Positions 29,377-38,411 of a stretch of 64,000 nucleotides of DNA are shown here, piece by piece. The stretch lies in IMG/VR virus record IMGVR_UViG_3300021197_000933, positions 2,670 through 66,669 of that record; one strand, 5' to 3'. Made by a program: the position numbers and the translations under genes. Position 1 is the first letter of the stretch; each line of letters starts with the position of its first letter. The notes under the pieces were generated by a model. That model made no database searches, was not told the DNA's origin, and worked only from the letters and a program-made list of their open reading frames with translations. This stretch comes from a virus.

Positions 29377-29943
29377 TCAGACCTTTTTTACCGGCTTCGC
29401 ATCAAGGTCTTTGACCACCGGTCGCGCAGCGCCACCGGACAAAGGATCTACAGGCTTTTTGGGTATCTTAGGTGCTACCGTAGTCGCTGCTGCTTGCCTA
29501 ACCGAGTCACGACGAGCCTGGCGGTGAGCATCGGCATCAGCGAAATCAGTCGCTACAACCCCATCGTCACCTACCGTCTTAGTCGGTGAGGACCCACCGG
29601 ATACTGTAGCTGTAGAGGTCGACGGCATAAAAGAACTAAGACCTTCGATGATGTTATCAAAGTTCGATTTTTTAGGTTGCTCTTTGGGTTTCTTACTAGT
29701 CTTGCCCGCTTGAGCGTCGTCCAGTTTATCACTCAACGCCTGATACTTCTCATCTTCCGCCGCAGCTACCGCGGCGTCGTGTTTTTTCTTCTTTATATTT
29801 GCGATCTCTTGGCCGAGCGCTTGGTTATCAGATCGTCTCTGCTGAGCCGCCGCAGCTGCCCTCTGTGTTCGTTGCTGCACAACGCTGTCTAAGTTCTGCT
29901 GCATACGATCAAGAGATGACATCGGCTTGCTTTCTTGCGACAT
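29377..29943 (-). CDS. Low-complexity hypothetical protein
   Basis: 188-aa ORF directly after the DUF2589-like pair. Confidence 0.65.
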   Translation of the reverse strand: MSQESKPMSSLDRMQQNLDSVVQQRTQRAAAAAQQRRSDNQALGQEIANIKKKKHDAAVAAAEDEKYQALSDKLDDAQAGKTSKKPKEQPKKSNFDNIIEGLSSFMPSTSTATVSGGSSPTKTVGDDGVVATDFADADAHRQARRDSVRQAAATTVAPKIPKKPVDPLSGGAARPVVKDLDAKPVKKV

Positions 29944-29945
29944 AA

Positions 29946-30548
29946 CTACTTCTTAGCAGGAGCAGGTACACCCTGGGTAGGCGCGATTGCATCGTTAAGC
30001 ATATCCAGCACCTTCATGAGGCCTTCTGGGGGGCCGTCGTCGCGAGCCACTACCTTCACGTCGTACTTGGCGCTGTTGTCGCTCTTACGGCTGTTCTCGC
30101 TGTGGTTAGCCACTGATCCGTGCACAGTCACTTCGCAGCTAAAGAGCCCGGCGTTGTACTTGGCCTTAGCTGTGAGGTCTGCCTTACTGTCTGATGTGGT
30201 CTTGCTGGAAGTAGACGACTTCACTTCCATGGTGAAGCGGACCTCGGCTTCCTTTACAGACAAGCTCGGTGTATTGATGATTGCGAGCAGTGGGACCTGC
30301 AGGTCAACCTTCTCCATCTTGGTGGTACCATCAGCATCCTGAACCGGCTTGTTGAAGCTGAAGTCCACGGTGCGTGCACTCATGTTACCGCCGCCAGCGT
30401 CGTTCAGGCCGACATCCTTGATGAAGTCGCTAGATGCTTTGGCAAGCAGTGTCTGGGCTGTACAAGCAGCCTTCAGGGGCCCCCCGATGAGCTGGTCCAT
30501 TGGAAGACCGCCGAACTGGGATGACATGTTTACGAGCTGGTCTGGCAT
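29946..30548 (-). CDS. DUF2589-like protein (long form)
   Basis: FGGLPMDQLIGGPLKAA..VPLLAI..PSL..FTMEVK..PPEGLMKVLDML. Confidence 0.85.
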   Translation of the reverse strand: MPDQLVNMSSQFGGLPMDQLIGGPLKAACTAQTLLAKASSDFIKDVGLNDAGGGNMSARTVDFSFNKPVQDADGTTKMEKVDLQVPLLAIINTPSLSVKEAEVRFTMEVKSSTSSKTTSDSKADLTAKAKYNAGLFSCEVTVHGSVANHSENSRKSDNSAKYDVKVVARDDGPPEGLMKVLDMLNDAIAPTQGVPAPAKK

Positions 30549-30557
30549 GATGGACTC

Positions 30558-31049
30558 CTATGGAAGCAGCTTGATTAGCTGATCATCGATTCTTGCATAA
30601 CCTTCCGGGGGCGCACTGCCCTTGAAAACCAACTTGAGTTTAGCAGTGTTACTCTGTTTATGGAACCAAGAAGAGTTACCGCCAGGCCGTATCATAAGTT
30701 TGCCCTTGGTTTTATCCGACTCAAGACCCGAGATCTCTACCGACATCTCAACTTCGAGACGGTCAACACTGAGACTTTGACCCGTCGTAAGTGACTGAAG
30801 TGGTACAGGTATGTCCGTGTCTACAAGCTTTCCTTCCTGCCAGGTCGGTACGCGCATCGTCACCATGCGGGGGGAGTACACGTCTCTACCCGCTTCATCC
30901 TTGACTGGGTCCCCCTTGTCGTCCACCTTGAGCTCCCAGAACTCCTGCTTCATGATCGAGTCCAGCTCATGACGCTCTGCGATGTCAGTCGCGGCTAAGA
31001 CAGCAGATTGTATGGAATGGACGATATCGTCTAATGAATGTTCAGCCAT
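30558..31049 (-). CDS. DUF2589-like protein (short form)
   Basis: LDDIVHSIQSAV..VPLQSL..LEVEMSV..FKGSAPPEGYARI. Confidence 0.75.
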   Translation of the reverse strand: MAEHSLDDIVHSIQSAVLAATDIAERHELDSIMKQEFWELKVDDKGDPVKDEAGRDVYSPRMVTMRVPTWQEGKLVDTDIPVPLQSLTTGQSLSVDRLEVEMSVEISGLESDKTKGKLMIRPGGNSSWFHKQSNTAKLKLVFKGSAPPEGYARIDDQLIKLLP

Positions 31050-31086
31050 GCGTTCTCCGAGTTATGATTGGGTGACGGTACTCTCA

Positions 31087-31506
31087 ATGCGAAGTTTCTT
31101 CAAGGCGTATAAGGACATCCTGGTCTACCACGACTATGGACCCCTGCTTCTGTTCTGGAACATCGCAGACTTGGCTAACAACCGCGTACTTTGGATGAGC
31201 TACGGTGAAGCCCTGGATGGGGGCAACGAGTGGGCCTACTTTCAGTACGCACTGTACTTTGTAGTCGCCTTGGGTATGTTGTTCAGCCTGCCCAACATTC
31301 GGTCCTGCTCCCGCTTCGTTGGCGTCTACTTGATGCTGTACATCTTCTCGACCACCAAGTTCATCATGAGTGTGATGGCTGACCCCGAGTTCGCCTTCGG
31401 TGACGTCGGGCGTAGCTTGGTAGTGACCGCAGTCTACTTTACCCTGTGGGTTTGGATATACGTTAAAATGCGTGTGGAAATAATGCATAAGGATCTTCGT
31501 GGATAA
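31087..31506 (+). CDS. Multi-pass (about 4 TM) membrane protein
   Basis: Hydrophobic segments; likely start ATG 31087. Confidence 0.7.
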   Translation: MRSFFKAYKDILVYHDYGPLLLFWNIADLANNRVLWMSYGEALDGGNEWAYFQYALYFVVALGMLFSLPNIRSCSRFVGVYLMLYIFSTTKFIMSVMADPEFAFGDVGRSLVVTAVYFTLWVWIYVKMRVEIMHKDLRG

Positions 31507-31804
31507 GCCGACCACCACTGCTGCAATCGTAGCTGCCGTTACAGGTGTGTTCAGTGCGGGTGCGTTCAAGTTCTATGAGTTCATGATCCGGCAGAAACGT
31601 GAAGTTCAGCAGGAAGAAAAGGCCGAGCAAGCCTTATACCGTGACGACCTCATAAAGCGAGTCGAAAAGTTAGAACAAGAGCGAGACGAGCACTTACAAC
31701 AGATCATCGACTTGATGACGGAAGTTGCCGGGCTCAAGGTAGAAGTGGACTACGTCAAGCGAGAGAATGAAATGCTCAAGCTCAAGATCGACTCAATGAG
31801 ATGA
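31499..31804 (+). CDS. N-terminal TM plus coiled-coil protein
   Basis: AAIVAAVTGVFSAGAF followed by heptad repeats. Confidence 0.75.
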   Translation: MDKPTTTAAIVAAVTGVFSAGAFKFYEFMIRQKREVQQEEKAEQALYRDDLIKRVEKLEQERDEHLQQIIDLMTEVAGLKVEVDYVKRENEMLKLKIDSMR

Positions 31805-32089
31805 GTGCTCTATAGGATCGTAAGGTGCGCTGTTATCTTTATCGGCGGCGTTTACCGCCAAGATAATAATCGTTGTCGTGATGGCTAAGCCCACGAGTGA
31901 CCCCCAGAAACCAGCGCTTGAGTCCCAACGGAACTCCCCACTACGAGCCTGATCGAGATCAGCCGTAGGCTTGAGCGCTAATCCCGTAGACGCTTCAAGC
32001 TTATCGAGCCTGTGCGTAGGATTAAACTCTGCTGCTGACGCAGTCGAGAAAACCGACAACGCTACCGCAGCTATAATAAGTTTAGTCAT
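31793..32089 (-). CDS. Exported membrane-anchored small protein
   Basis: Signal peptide ending ASA, plus a C-terminal TM helix. Confidence 0.6.
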   Translation of the reverse strand: MTKLIIAAVALSVFSTASAAEFNPTHRLDKLEASTGLALKPTADLDQARSGEFRWDSSAGFWGSLVGLAITTTIIILAVNAADKDNSAPYDPIEHSSH

Positions 32090-32107
32090 TGTGGTAAGAA
32101 TGTAGCA

Positions 32108-32623
32108 CTACGCTTCGTTCTTGCTCTTTACGCGATCAAATGCGGCTTGAGCATCAGCGCCCATCTTTACCTGGTTACCCTTCTTAGCCATCTCTTCACC
32201 GCTGCGGCCTTCGCCCTCGCGAACTCCGCCTGCCATCATACGACCCTCTTCTGCGCGAGTTTCTTGATCGGCAAGCATCGTATCCATCGTATCCGACTCT
32301 TCTGAGCGAAGATCATCGACGGGCTGAGACTCCATGAGCTCTGCCATGATTGCCTCATGCGCAGGATGGCCTGCTCTCAATGTAACGCCTACACCACGAT
32401 CCTTAGGAGCACCTACGATCTTGATACCGCCGTCAGCCGAGACCTCGTACTGATAACCACCGGCACCCTCATACTGACCTTCAGCGACTGAAGGAGCTGG
32501 CTCAGGCTCAGGCTTGTCGTGACCCTTACCCACAAAGTAAGGAAACGCATTCTCGCCCTGGGCCGCGATCTTCATGTTGTGAATCATCATTCCAGGATCG
32601 TCTTCGACGGGATCATACTTCAT
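32108..32623 (-). CDS. Hypothetical protein
   Basis: 171 aa, GAGG SD. Confidence 0.7.
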   Translation of the reverse strand: MKYDPVEDDPGMMIHNMKIAAQGENAFPYFVGKGHDKPEPEPAPSVAEGQYEGAGGYQYEVSADGGIKIVGAPKDRGVGVTLRAGHPAHEAIMAELMESQPVDDLRSEESDTMDTMLADQETRAEEGRMMAGGVREGEGRSGEEMAKKGNQVKMGADAQAAFDRVKSKNEA

Positions 32624-32669
32624 GGGTACCTCTCAGTTACGTCACTATAGCACGTGTACGGTAACGTGC

Positions 32670-32855
32670 CTAACCGCCCTTTAATCCGTAGTTGTCTCTT
32701 GCCCAACCCGGACCCTTCAAACTGAAGTTCGTCGCCGCAATCTGACGTTTCATCTGCTTAGCGCACTTCTCACAGTCAGGATGCGCAGCCTCAAAAGCCT
32801 GCAGCTTCTCAACGGTTTCTTCGCAGACTTCGCATTTGTACACATACAGAGGCAT
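32670..32855 (-). CDS. FmdB family zinc-ribbon protein
   Basis: MPLYVYKCEVC..CEKC..FSLKGPGW. Confidence 0.85.
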   Translation of the reverse strand: MPLYVYKCEVCEETVEKLQAFEAAHPDCEKCAKQMKRQIAATNFSLKGPGWARDNYGLKGG

Positions 32856-32857
32856 AA

Positions 32858-33214
32858 CTACTCCTCCACCGCTCTATCTTGTAGAGCCTCAGAGAGAAAG
32901 GTCTGCGCTTCTTCAAGGCTAATGTCCTCAAAGTTAAAGCAGCCAACAACAGGAGTTCCAGGTCCGACGTAGGCGCCCTCACAGTTATAGTCAAAGTGCT
33001 CCAGAGCTTCCTCCTGCGTCATCCCCTGAGCTTCAAGAACAGCAATGCAAAGGTCACGGTCATAAACAGCAACCATGCCAAAGTCAGTGCGGGAGACAGC
33101 GCCAACTAAGGCGTCGTCAAAGCCATCCATCAGCAAAGCCTTAGGATTCCAAGACTGTATCCAAGCTTTAATCTGGTCGGGGTGCGTAGCGCCCCGGATC
33201 GTTTGTTCATTCAT
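32858..33214 (-). CDS. Conserved phage hypothetical protein
   Basis: DGFDDALVG..VYD..EEALEHFDYN..GAYVGPGTP motif. Confidence 0.8.
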   Translation of the reverse strand: MNEQTIRGATHPDQIKAWIQSWNPKALLMDGFDDALVGAVSRTDFGMVAVYDRDLCIAVLEAQGMTQEEALEHFDYNCEGAYVGPGTPVVGCFNFEDISLEEAQTFLSEALQDRAVEE

Positions 33215-33222
33215 GTCTCATC

Positions 33223-33813
33223 CTATTCGGTACTACCGAGGTAGTCGTGCGGTATCATGTGACCTGGCCCGTAAGGCGTGTCTTGTATCAAGAGCTTCTT
33301 GCCGTTCTTGTCGATACCTGGGTATAAAAGGCCGTTATGGAGACCAGGGTCTTGGCACCAGTAGAACGAGATGATCTCCTTCCCTGCCTTACCTGTGTAG
33401 CGACTCCAGCCCTGCTTGAGGTAATGATCGTGCATCTCCTCGTGACCCGAAGGTACAGACGCTGATGTCCATAAGTCCCACCCATCAGGCTTCTTGATGA
33501 ACCCATCATCGTCGTACACGACGTCTAAGTCAGGCTTGGTGGGCTTCTCCACCGGCTTGGCCTCAGCCGGTGCAGACTTTGCGACCGGTGCAGGTGCAGG
33601 TTTCTCGTGAGCTACAATCTCTGTACCCTCGGTGTATTGCTGCTCCATGAGCCGAATACCACGTAGCAGAGCAATCCGTGACACTAAGTGCCTGCTCACA
33701 CGTGTACCCAGCTCCTGAACAGCCACAGAGTTAGACACCGGCTCAATCAACTTGTCGATTCGCTTGAGAAGCTCAGGTTCGAGATTCAAGCGAAGTGTTC
33801 CATCCTTTGACAT
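33223..33813 (-). CDS. Hypothetical protein, possible N-terminal ribbon-helix-helix
   Basis: AGGAGAG SD before ATG 33813; LRLNLEPELLKRIDKL. Confidence 0.6.
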   Translation of the reverse strand: MSKDGTLRLNLEPELLKRIDKLIEPVSNSVAVQELGTRVSRHLVSRIALLRGIRLMEQQYTEGTEIVAHEKPAPAPVAKSAPAEAKPVEKPTKPDLDVVYDDDGFIKKPDGWDLWTSASVPSGHEEMHDHYLKQGWSRYTGKAGKEIISFYWCQDPGLHNGLLYPGIDKNGKKLLIQDTPYGPGHMIPHDYLGSTE

Positions 33814-34169
33814 ACGCTCTCCTGTAGTCGCGATGAGTATAACGGGTCTGAGGGTATGCCGCAATGGTAAGGTGTTTTGAAAAATACCTCCGGTCCGGGA
33901 AACGCTCTTCCGGTAGGGACCCATATACACACAGATGCGGGGGGTGGGGGGTCACGTCGCCCGGCCGACCTGGCGGAGGGGCGGACCTGGCACAGGCGCG
34001 CCGGTACCTCTGGGGGGATGGCGGTATCACTGTGGAGAGAGACCTCTCCTCTCCGCGCGGGGAGGATCGATCCGGTGAGGCTGACTAGCTCAGCGACTCT
34101 GCCACTGGGCTCAGAGTGTCGGCGCTGACTGGCTCAGCTAGCGATCGCCTCAGTATCAGCGGAGGATCA

Positions 34170-34200
34170 GACAGCTGGCGGACAGCTGGCGGACAGCTGG
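34170..34200. repeat. Tandem 11-bp repeat GACAGCTGGCG x~3
   Basis: Seen directly in non-coding DNA. Confidence 0.85.
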
Positions 34201-34382
34201 AGGGCGATGCCTATTGCGAGCCTCTGAAGGGGTCTACACTGCGTTTTGATCGTCTGCCTATGTCATGACACCATGGTATAGGGTAAACGGCAGCCTGCGC
34301 GAATTCGATGTTTTGAGCACGGCCTAACCACTGGACGTCTCTACATATTGACTTTAATCACGGAATGATTGAGCATTTGTGC

Positions 34383-34411
34383 TTTACACCACAGCGGTAA
34401 CCCTGTAAGAT
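34383..34411 (+). promoter_or_regulatory. Sigma70-like promoter
   Basis: TTTACA-17-TAAGAT. Confidence 0.6.
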
Positions 34412-34463
34412 CAGGCTTGAGCACTGAAGCTCACCGGGCCTCGAGCCCACTGGAAAAACGACT

Positions 34464-35429
34464 ATGCGAACAAACCTCGCAACCACGACAGCCATCCGTT
34501 CACTCATCACCCCTCAGGCTGACTACCGAGTCAACCCAGCGCTGAGACGGGCCAACCCTGCACCACCACCAGTCCATGCGTCGAAGACGCTCTGTCTGGT
34601 TGGCTCCTCTGCCAAGCACGCCACCTATGAGGAGGTCTGCGCGGTGATCCCCACCAGAGAGAACACGTACCATGAGAAGACGGGCAACAGCGTCTACAAG
34701 GTGGTCGAATACGCGACTCCGATCGACGGGCTCCGCGACCATGTCAGTGACGCCCTCGGTAGTGATCCCGTCTATGAGACCTACGCCCTCAGTAAGGACG
34801 GGCAGCAAATGTACGGCCGCATAGCGTGGGACTCTGGTGTCATGGGCGCCATGATCGAAGTGGTCTTCCGGTCGAGCTACAACGGCACGATCTGTGTGGA
34901 GTGGGGAATCGGCCAAGGCACCTTCATTTGCGCGAACGGCATGATCAGCGCCGATCAGATCATGAAGATCAAGCACACTCACAATGTGATCGAGCGCTTC
35001 ACCGAGTCGCTGACAGACGGTACCTACGGTGTAGCCGAGCGGATCGAGCAAGCCCGTAAGCGTCTCGACTGGGTCGATGGGCTTCGTGAGATCCCGATGT
35101 CTGACGACCTGTTCAACGCCTTTGTAGGCGTGCTCCAGGGTAGGACAGTGGGTACCAGCCAGAAGGCCATGCTGACCCCTCACAGGGCCTCTGCTGCGCG
35201 CAAGTACTGGGGAGCGTGTCACGCTGGTCAACTGCATGACGATCACGGACAGCGCAACCTGTACAGCGGCTATCAGGCGCTGACTGGGGCCAACCACCTC
35301 AGCACCCCGCGCAACTTCCTGCAGGATGGCGCTGGTGTGGACTTCATGGTCGAGGCCGTGGAAGCGTCAGGCGGGAGCTTGACGGGCATCCCAGCGTTCT
35401 CATTCGACATCACCGAATACGACGCATAA
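34464..35429 (+). CDS. DUF932/DUF945-like early protein
   Basis: DGQQMYG..SSYNG..FICANGM..KHT motifs. Confidence 0.75.
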   Translation: MRTNLATTTAIRSLITPQADYRVNPALRRANPAPPPVHASKTLCLVGSSAKHATYEEVCAVIPTRENTYHEKTGNSVYKVVEYATPIDGLRDHVSDALGSDPVYETYALSKDGQQMYGRIAWDSGVMGAMIEVVFRSSYNGTICVEWGIGQGTFICANGMISADQIMKIKHTHNVIERFTESLTDGTYGVAERIEQARKRLDWVDGLREIPMSDDLFNAFVGVLQGRTVGTSQKAMLTPHRASAARKYWGACHAGQLHDDHGQRNLYSGYQALTGANHLSTPRNFLQDGAGVDFMVEAVEASGGSLTGIPAFSFDITEYDA

Positions 35430-35437
35430 GCACAGCG

Positions 35438-35473
35438 AGATCGGGGCGGGCTCAGTGTCCGCCCCGTGATCTC
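35438..35473 (+). other. Intergenic hairpin (processing/attenuation site?)
   Basis: GAGATC-GGGGCGG..CCGCCCC-GATCTC stem with no U-tail. Confidence 0.5.
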
Positions 35474-35515
35474 TGCACTTAGGCAGAAACCAACCAACAA
35501 CTGAGAGAAAACGAC

Positions 35516-36004
35516 ATGAAAGTAACCGACATCAACCCCGCTATTGCCGCTGCCCTCCTGAAGGCACCCCACGCCTCAGGTGGTGGGAGCACCCTCAAAG
35601 ATGCGGCCAAGGGCCTCAGCGCTGGCGTGCACTACATCACGGGCGTGGTCGAGATCGCTGGTCATATCCGCAAGAGTGACCCGCCCACGGCCTACCTCAA
35701 GAACACGGTAGACAAGAAGGCCATGGCCAACGTGCTCAACTGGGCGCTCCAGAGGATGAGCGAGACCGAGTACAATGCTCTGATCCGTCAGCTAGACCTG
35801 ATCATGGCAGGCGAGGAGCGCAACCACGCTCACCCCTTGCGCGTGGTCGAGGTCGTCAAGGCGTTGACCAAGAGCACCACCGTACAGCCTCAGGGCTCAG
35901 TGACATGGGCGGGTACCATGACCATCGATGACCTCAACGTGTTCGAGGAGACCCTCGAGGACATCACCGCCACCGGGCTCACCCTCTGCAAAGGGGGTGA
36001 GTGA
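35516..36004 (+). CDS. Hypothetical early protein
   Basis: 162 aa, ends GGE*. Confidence 0.75.
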   Translation: MKVTDINPAIAAALLKAPHASGGGSTLKDAAKGLSAGVHYITGVVEIAGHIRKSDPPTAYLKNTVDKKAMANVLNWALQRMSETEYNALIRQLDLIMAGEERNHAHPLRVVEVVKALTKSTTVQPQGSVTWAGTMTIDDLNVFEETLEDITATGLTLCKGGE

Positions 36005-36267
36005 TGGGACCGCGGCCAACACTGAACACGCTACAGAATGAACAGCTACGCCTCTACGTGGACGCTGTGATCGAGACCAGGAAGCTTGTCGACAACCCGC
36101 CCGAGGACGTTGACGCAGTGATGGGAGGGGCCCGGGCGGATTATGCTCTGTCCTACTGGTCTCGCCGCGCTGATGCTGAGGAGCACAGGCGGAACATGTA
36201 TCACGCCTTTGTGAGCTCACTCGAGTGGGCGGCTGACAGTGCAAGTGAGGTGACCCATGGGTCTTGA
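36001..36267 (+). CDS. Hypothetical early protein
   Basis: Coupled through GTGATG. Confidence 0.7.
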   Translation: MMGPRPTLNTLQNEQLRLYVDAVIETRKLVDNPPEDVDAVMGGARADYALSYWSRRADAEEHRRNMYHAFVSSLEWAADSASEVTHGS

Positions 36268-36463
36268 TGCACTGCTCATGTCGACGGGGCTGCTGGGATG
36301 CAGCGTGGTTTACCTCAGGCTGTGGCTGTGTCCCGTGCGGGTCAAGATGATCCGGCGGGACTGGGCACGGCTCCGGTGCGAGTGGCGGGGTGACAAGTAC
36401 ACTCCACCGCCCGGACAGCGGAGGCTCGGGCGCACACTGCTCAGCCAGCTCGTTGGCCGATAG
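36257..36463 (+). CDS. Small hypothetical protein with hydrophobic N-terminus
   Basis: GAGGTG SD. Confidence 0.55.
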   Translation: MGLDALLMSTGLLGCSVVYLRLWLCPVRVKMIRRDWARLRCEWRGDKYTPPPGQRRLGRTLLSQLVGR

Positions 36464-36553
36464 CTATGTCCGCAGGGGAGGACGGGTTTCGTTCTCTCCT
36501 GTGAACCCTCAACGCGTCAAGGCGGGACGCGCAACATGAACATGGAAACGACT

Positions 36554-36763
36554 ATGGATTACGACTTAGCAGACGGGCCACGCAGCAGAGTGCACGTGGC
36601 GAATAACGAGCGCTCTCACTTCGTCCGCATCAACGGGACACGGATCGAGGCAGCACTCGACGAGAACAGCAGACGCCGACGAGAGAAGGCGGAGATGGGC
36701 TTCGGGTACGGGCGGATGTGTGATGACAACCACGGCATAGACAGAGACACCTCAGTCGAGTAG
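36554..36763 (+). CDS. Hypothetical early protein
   Basis: GGAAACGACTATG start motif. Confidence 0.6.
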   Translation: MDYDLADGPRSRVHVANNERSHFVRINGTRIEAALDENSRRRREKAEMGFGYGRMCDDNHGIDRDTSVE

Positions 36764-36781
36764 CACAGACGCTGTGCAATC

Positions 36782-36811
36782 AAGGGTCACCCTCAACGGG
36801 GTGGCCCTTTT
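36782..36811 (+). terminator. Intrinsic terminator
   Basis: AAGGGTCACCC..GGGTGGCCCTTTT. Confidence 0.75.
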
Positions 36812-36829
36812 GCGTGTCACCAGGTCGAC

Positions 36830-37030
36830 CCGCTGAGCGCCAGCTGAGCCAGCCCCACCAGCTGAGCCGGGCCGGAGTGTCAGACGGTGCCGGGGTAGCG
36901 GGGTATCGATGCCGGGATGCCGGGCCGGAGCTGCGGAGGTGATGCCGGGCCGGGGTGCCGGGGTGTGCCGGGGTGAGCGGGGCGACGCCGGAGATGAAGC
37001 CGGGCGCCGCCGGGGAGCTCACGCCGGGGA
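36830..37030. repeat. Strand-polarised GCTGAGC then GCCGG(G) motif array
   Basis: About 14 GCCGG copies counted by eye, all in one orientation. Confidence 0.75.
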
Positions 37031-37195
37031 GTTGTCAATGTCGTACGGGATGCCGAGCGGTTTGAGTTGCTCATTCACAATGCGAATCACGTCCTCGAGG
37101 CGACCGACGGTGGCCCAACTGACGCAGGTGTGGCACTCAGGTGAGGTGAACACCTGAGCCACGAAGCTACTGCCGATGATGATGAAGCGTACCAT
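37019..37195 (-). CDS. Small hypothetical protein
   Basis: TGATG-coupled, GGAGG SD. Confidence 0.55.
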   Translation of the reverse strand: MVRFIIIGSSFVAQVFTSPECHTCVSWATVGRLEDVIRIVNEQLKPLGIPYDIDNSPA

Positions 37196-37404
37196 CAGTG
37201 CCTCCCCGCCAGAGAGAGACCCGGTGTGAGCAAGCACCGGAGGAGCTCCCCTACCTCGGGGTCACCGTCGGGATTGAACCGGGCCTGCGCTTCCTCCAGG
37301 CTCACGCCCTCGAGCTGCGCGACGGCAGCCCGGAGGTTGAGGTGTCGGGCCTCGGGCCCGGTGTCGTGTCGTGCTTCAGTTGTACCGATGATCTTGCGAT
37401 TCAT
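37195..37404 (-). CDS. Small hypothetical protein
   Basis: ATGA-coupled, GGAGGT SD. Confidence 0.65.
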   Translation of the reverse strand: MNRKIIGTTEARHDTGPEARHLNLRAAVAQLEGVSLEEAQARFNPDGDPEVGELLRCLLTPGLSLAGRH

Positions 37405-37967
37405 GATGCACCTCCCGAGACAAAGGGACGAGCGAACCAAAGACGCTTCATCTCAGCGAGCTGTTCGCACACACGATCTGCGGCTGCGTTCAGATCCATC
37501 CCGAGAATGAGGGGGACCTCTACGGTGAACGATATCTCACTGTCCCCCATGTTGACACCGCGCGAACCATCCCAAGTGATGGTAGTGGAAGACTCACAGA
37601 GCCATTCCCTTCCTTCCTCGCACGTATACGTGTCTTCTAAACGGTACTCTATAATGCTGCGAACTTCAGCGAAGCATGGTCGATCGATGCCAAAGGTGTA
37701 CTCCCCGTTCTCACAGATGACTGAGCTGATGCCTTGAGCACCCAGCACCTTGAGCGCAGCTGAAGCGTGGTCGTAGAGTCGAGCTCCCTCGCGCCAGTCT
37801 TGAGCCCACTCAGGTCGAGTGTCGCTGTCGTAAGCGTTGCCCGTGTACATTACGGCCAGCAACAGGCGAACGATGAGCTCCCTGTCGCGGATAATATCGG
37901 CCCCCTGTGTGGGGTTGTCCAGAAACGCGAGCTGATCGCGCCAGTTGTTTGTGTCGTTGGTGGTCAT
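37401..37967 (-). CDS. Hypothetical acidic early protein
   Basis: 188 aa, GAGGTAAACGACATG start. Confidence 0.75.
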   Translation of the reverse strand: MTTNDTNNWRDQLAFLDNPTQGADIIRDRELIVRLLLAVMYTGNAYDSDTRPEWAQDWREGARLYDHASAALKVLGAQGISSVICENGEYTFGIDRPCFAEVRSIIEYRLEDTYTCEEGREWLCESSTTITWDGSRGVNMGDSEISFTVEVPLILGMDLNAAADRVCEQLAEMKRLWFARPFVSGGAS

Positions 37968-38087
37968 GTCGTTTACCTCATGTGGGTTGCGCCCCGGCCA
38001 ACTGCCTGAGCTACGCTCATAGTACCGCCTCGGTATAGGTAAAGTCTACCCCTTCGCAGACTCTTGACATTTACTTGACATCTCCGT

Positions 38088-38300
38088 GGCTCAGCTGGCC
38101 CAGCCACTCAGCCACTCAGACCATGGCCGGGATGCTGAGGCGGGGACCTGGTCATAGCCGGGCCGGAGTCTCATCGCCGGGCCGGAGGGCAGCTGTCGGT
38201 GAAGCGTGTGCGCATGGCCGGGCCGGCGGAGAAGAGGACGGCAACGGAGGGCAGGCGGACGGCAGCAGGGCAGGACCGCAGGGCAGCAGGACCGCAGGCT
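38088..38300. repeat. CTCAG / GCCGGGCCGG / GCAGG motif array
   Basis: Seen directly between divergent units. Confidence 0.65.
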
Positions 38301-38345
38301 AAACGCAAGATGGCGAGGCGGTTTGATCTTTCTTGCGGGTTACGC

Positions 38346-38374
38346 TTGACGTACCTAAACCGCTCTGGTATAAC
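38346..38374 (+). promoter_or_regulatory. Sigma70-like promoter
   Basis: TTGACG-17-TATAAC with an upstream TG. Confidence 0.6.
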
Positions 38375-38411
38375 TGCAGGGAGACACACAAGATCTCAAA
38401 GGAAAAACGAC

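Noticed and set aside
36780-38411. Pro/Arg/Gly-rich ORFs over the GC-rich arrays (36780-37157, 38075-38411)
   Set aside because: They are low-complexity translations of repeat DNA with no SD. The real starts carry the AAACGAC motif.
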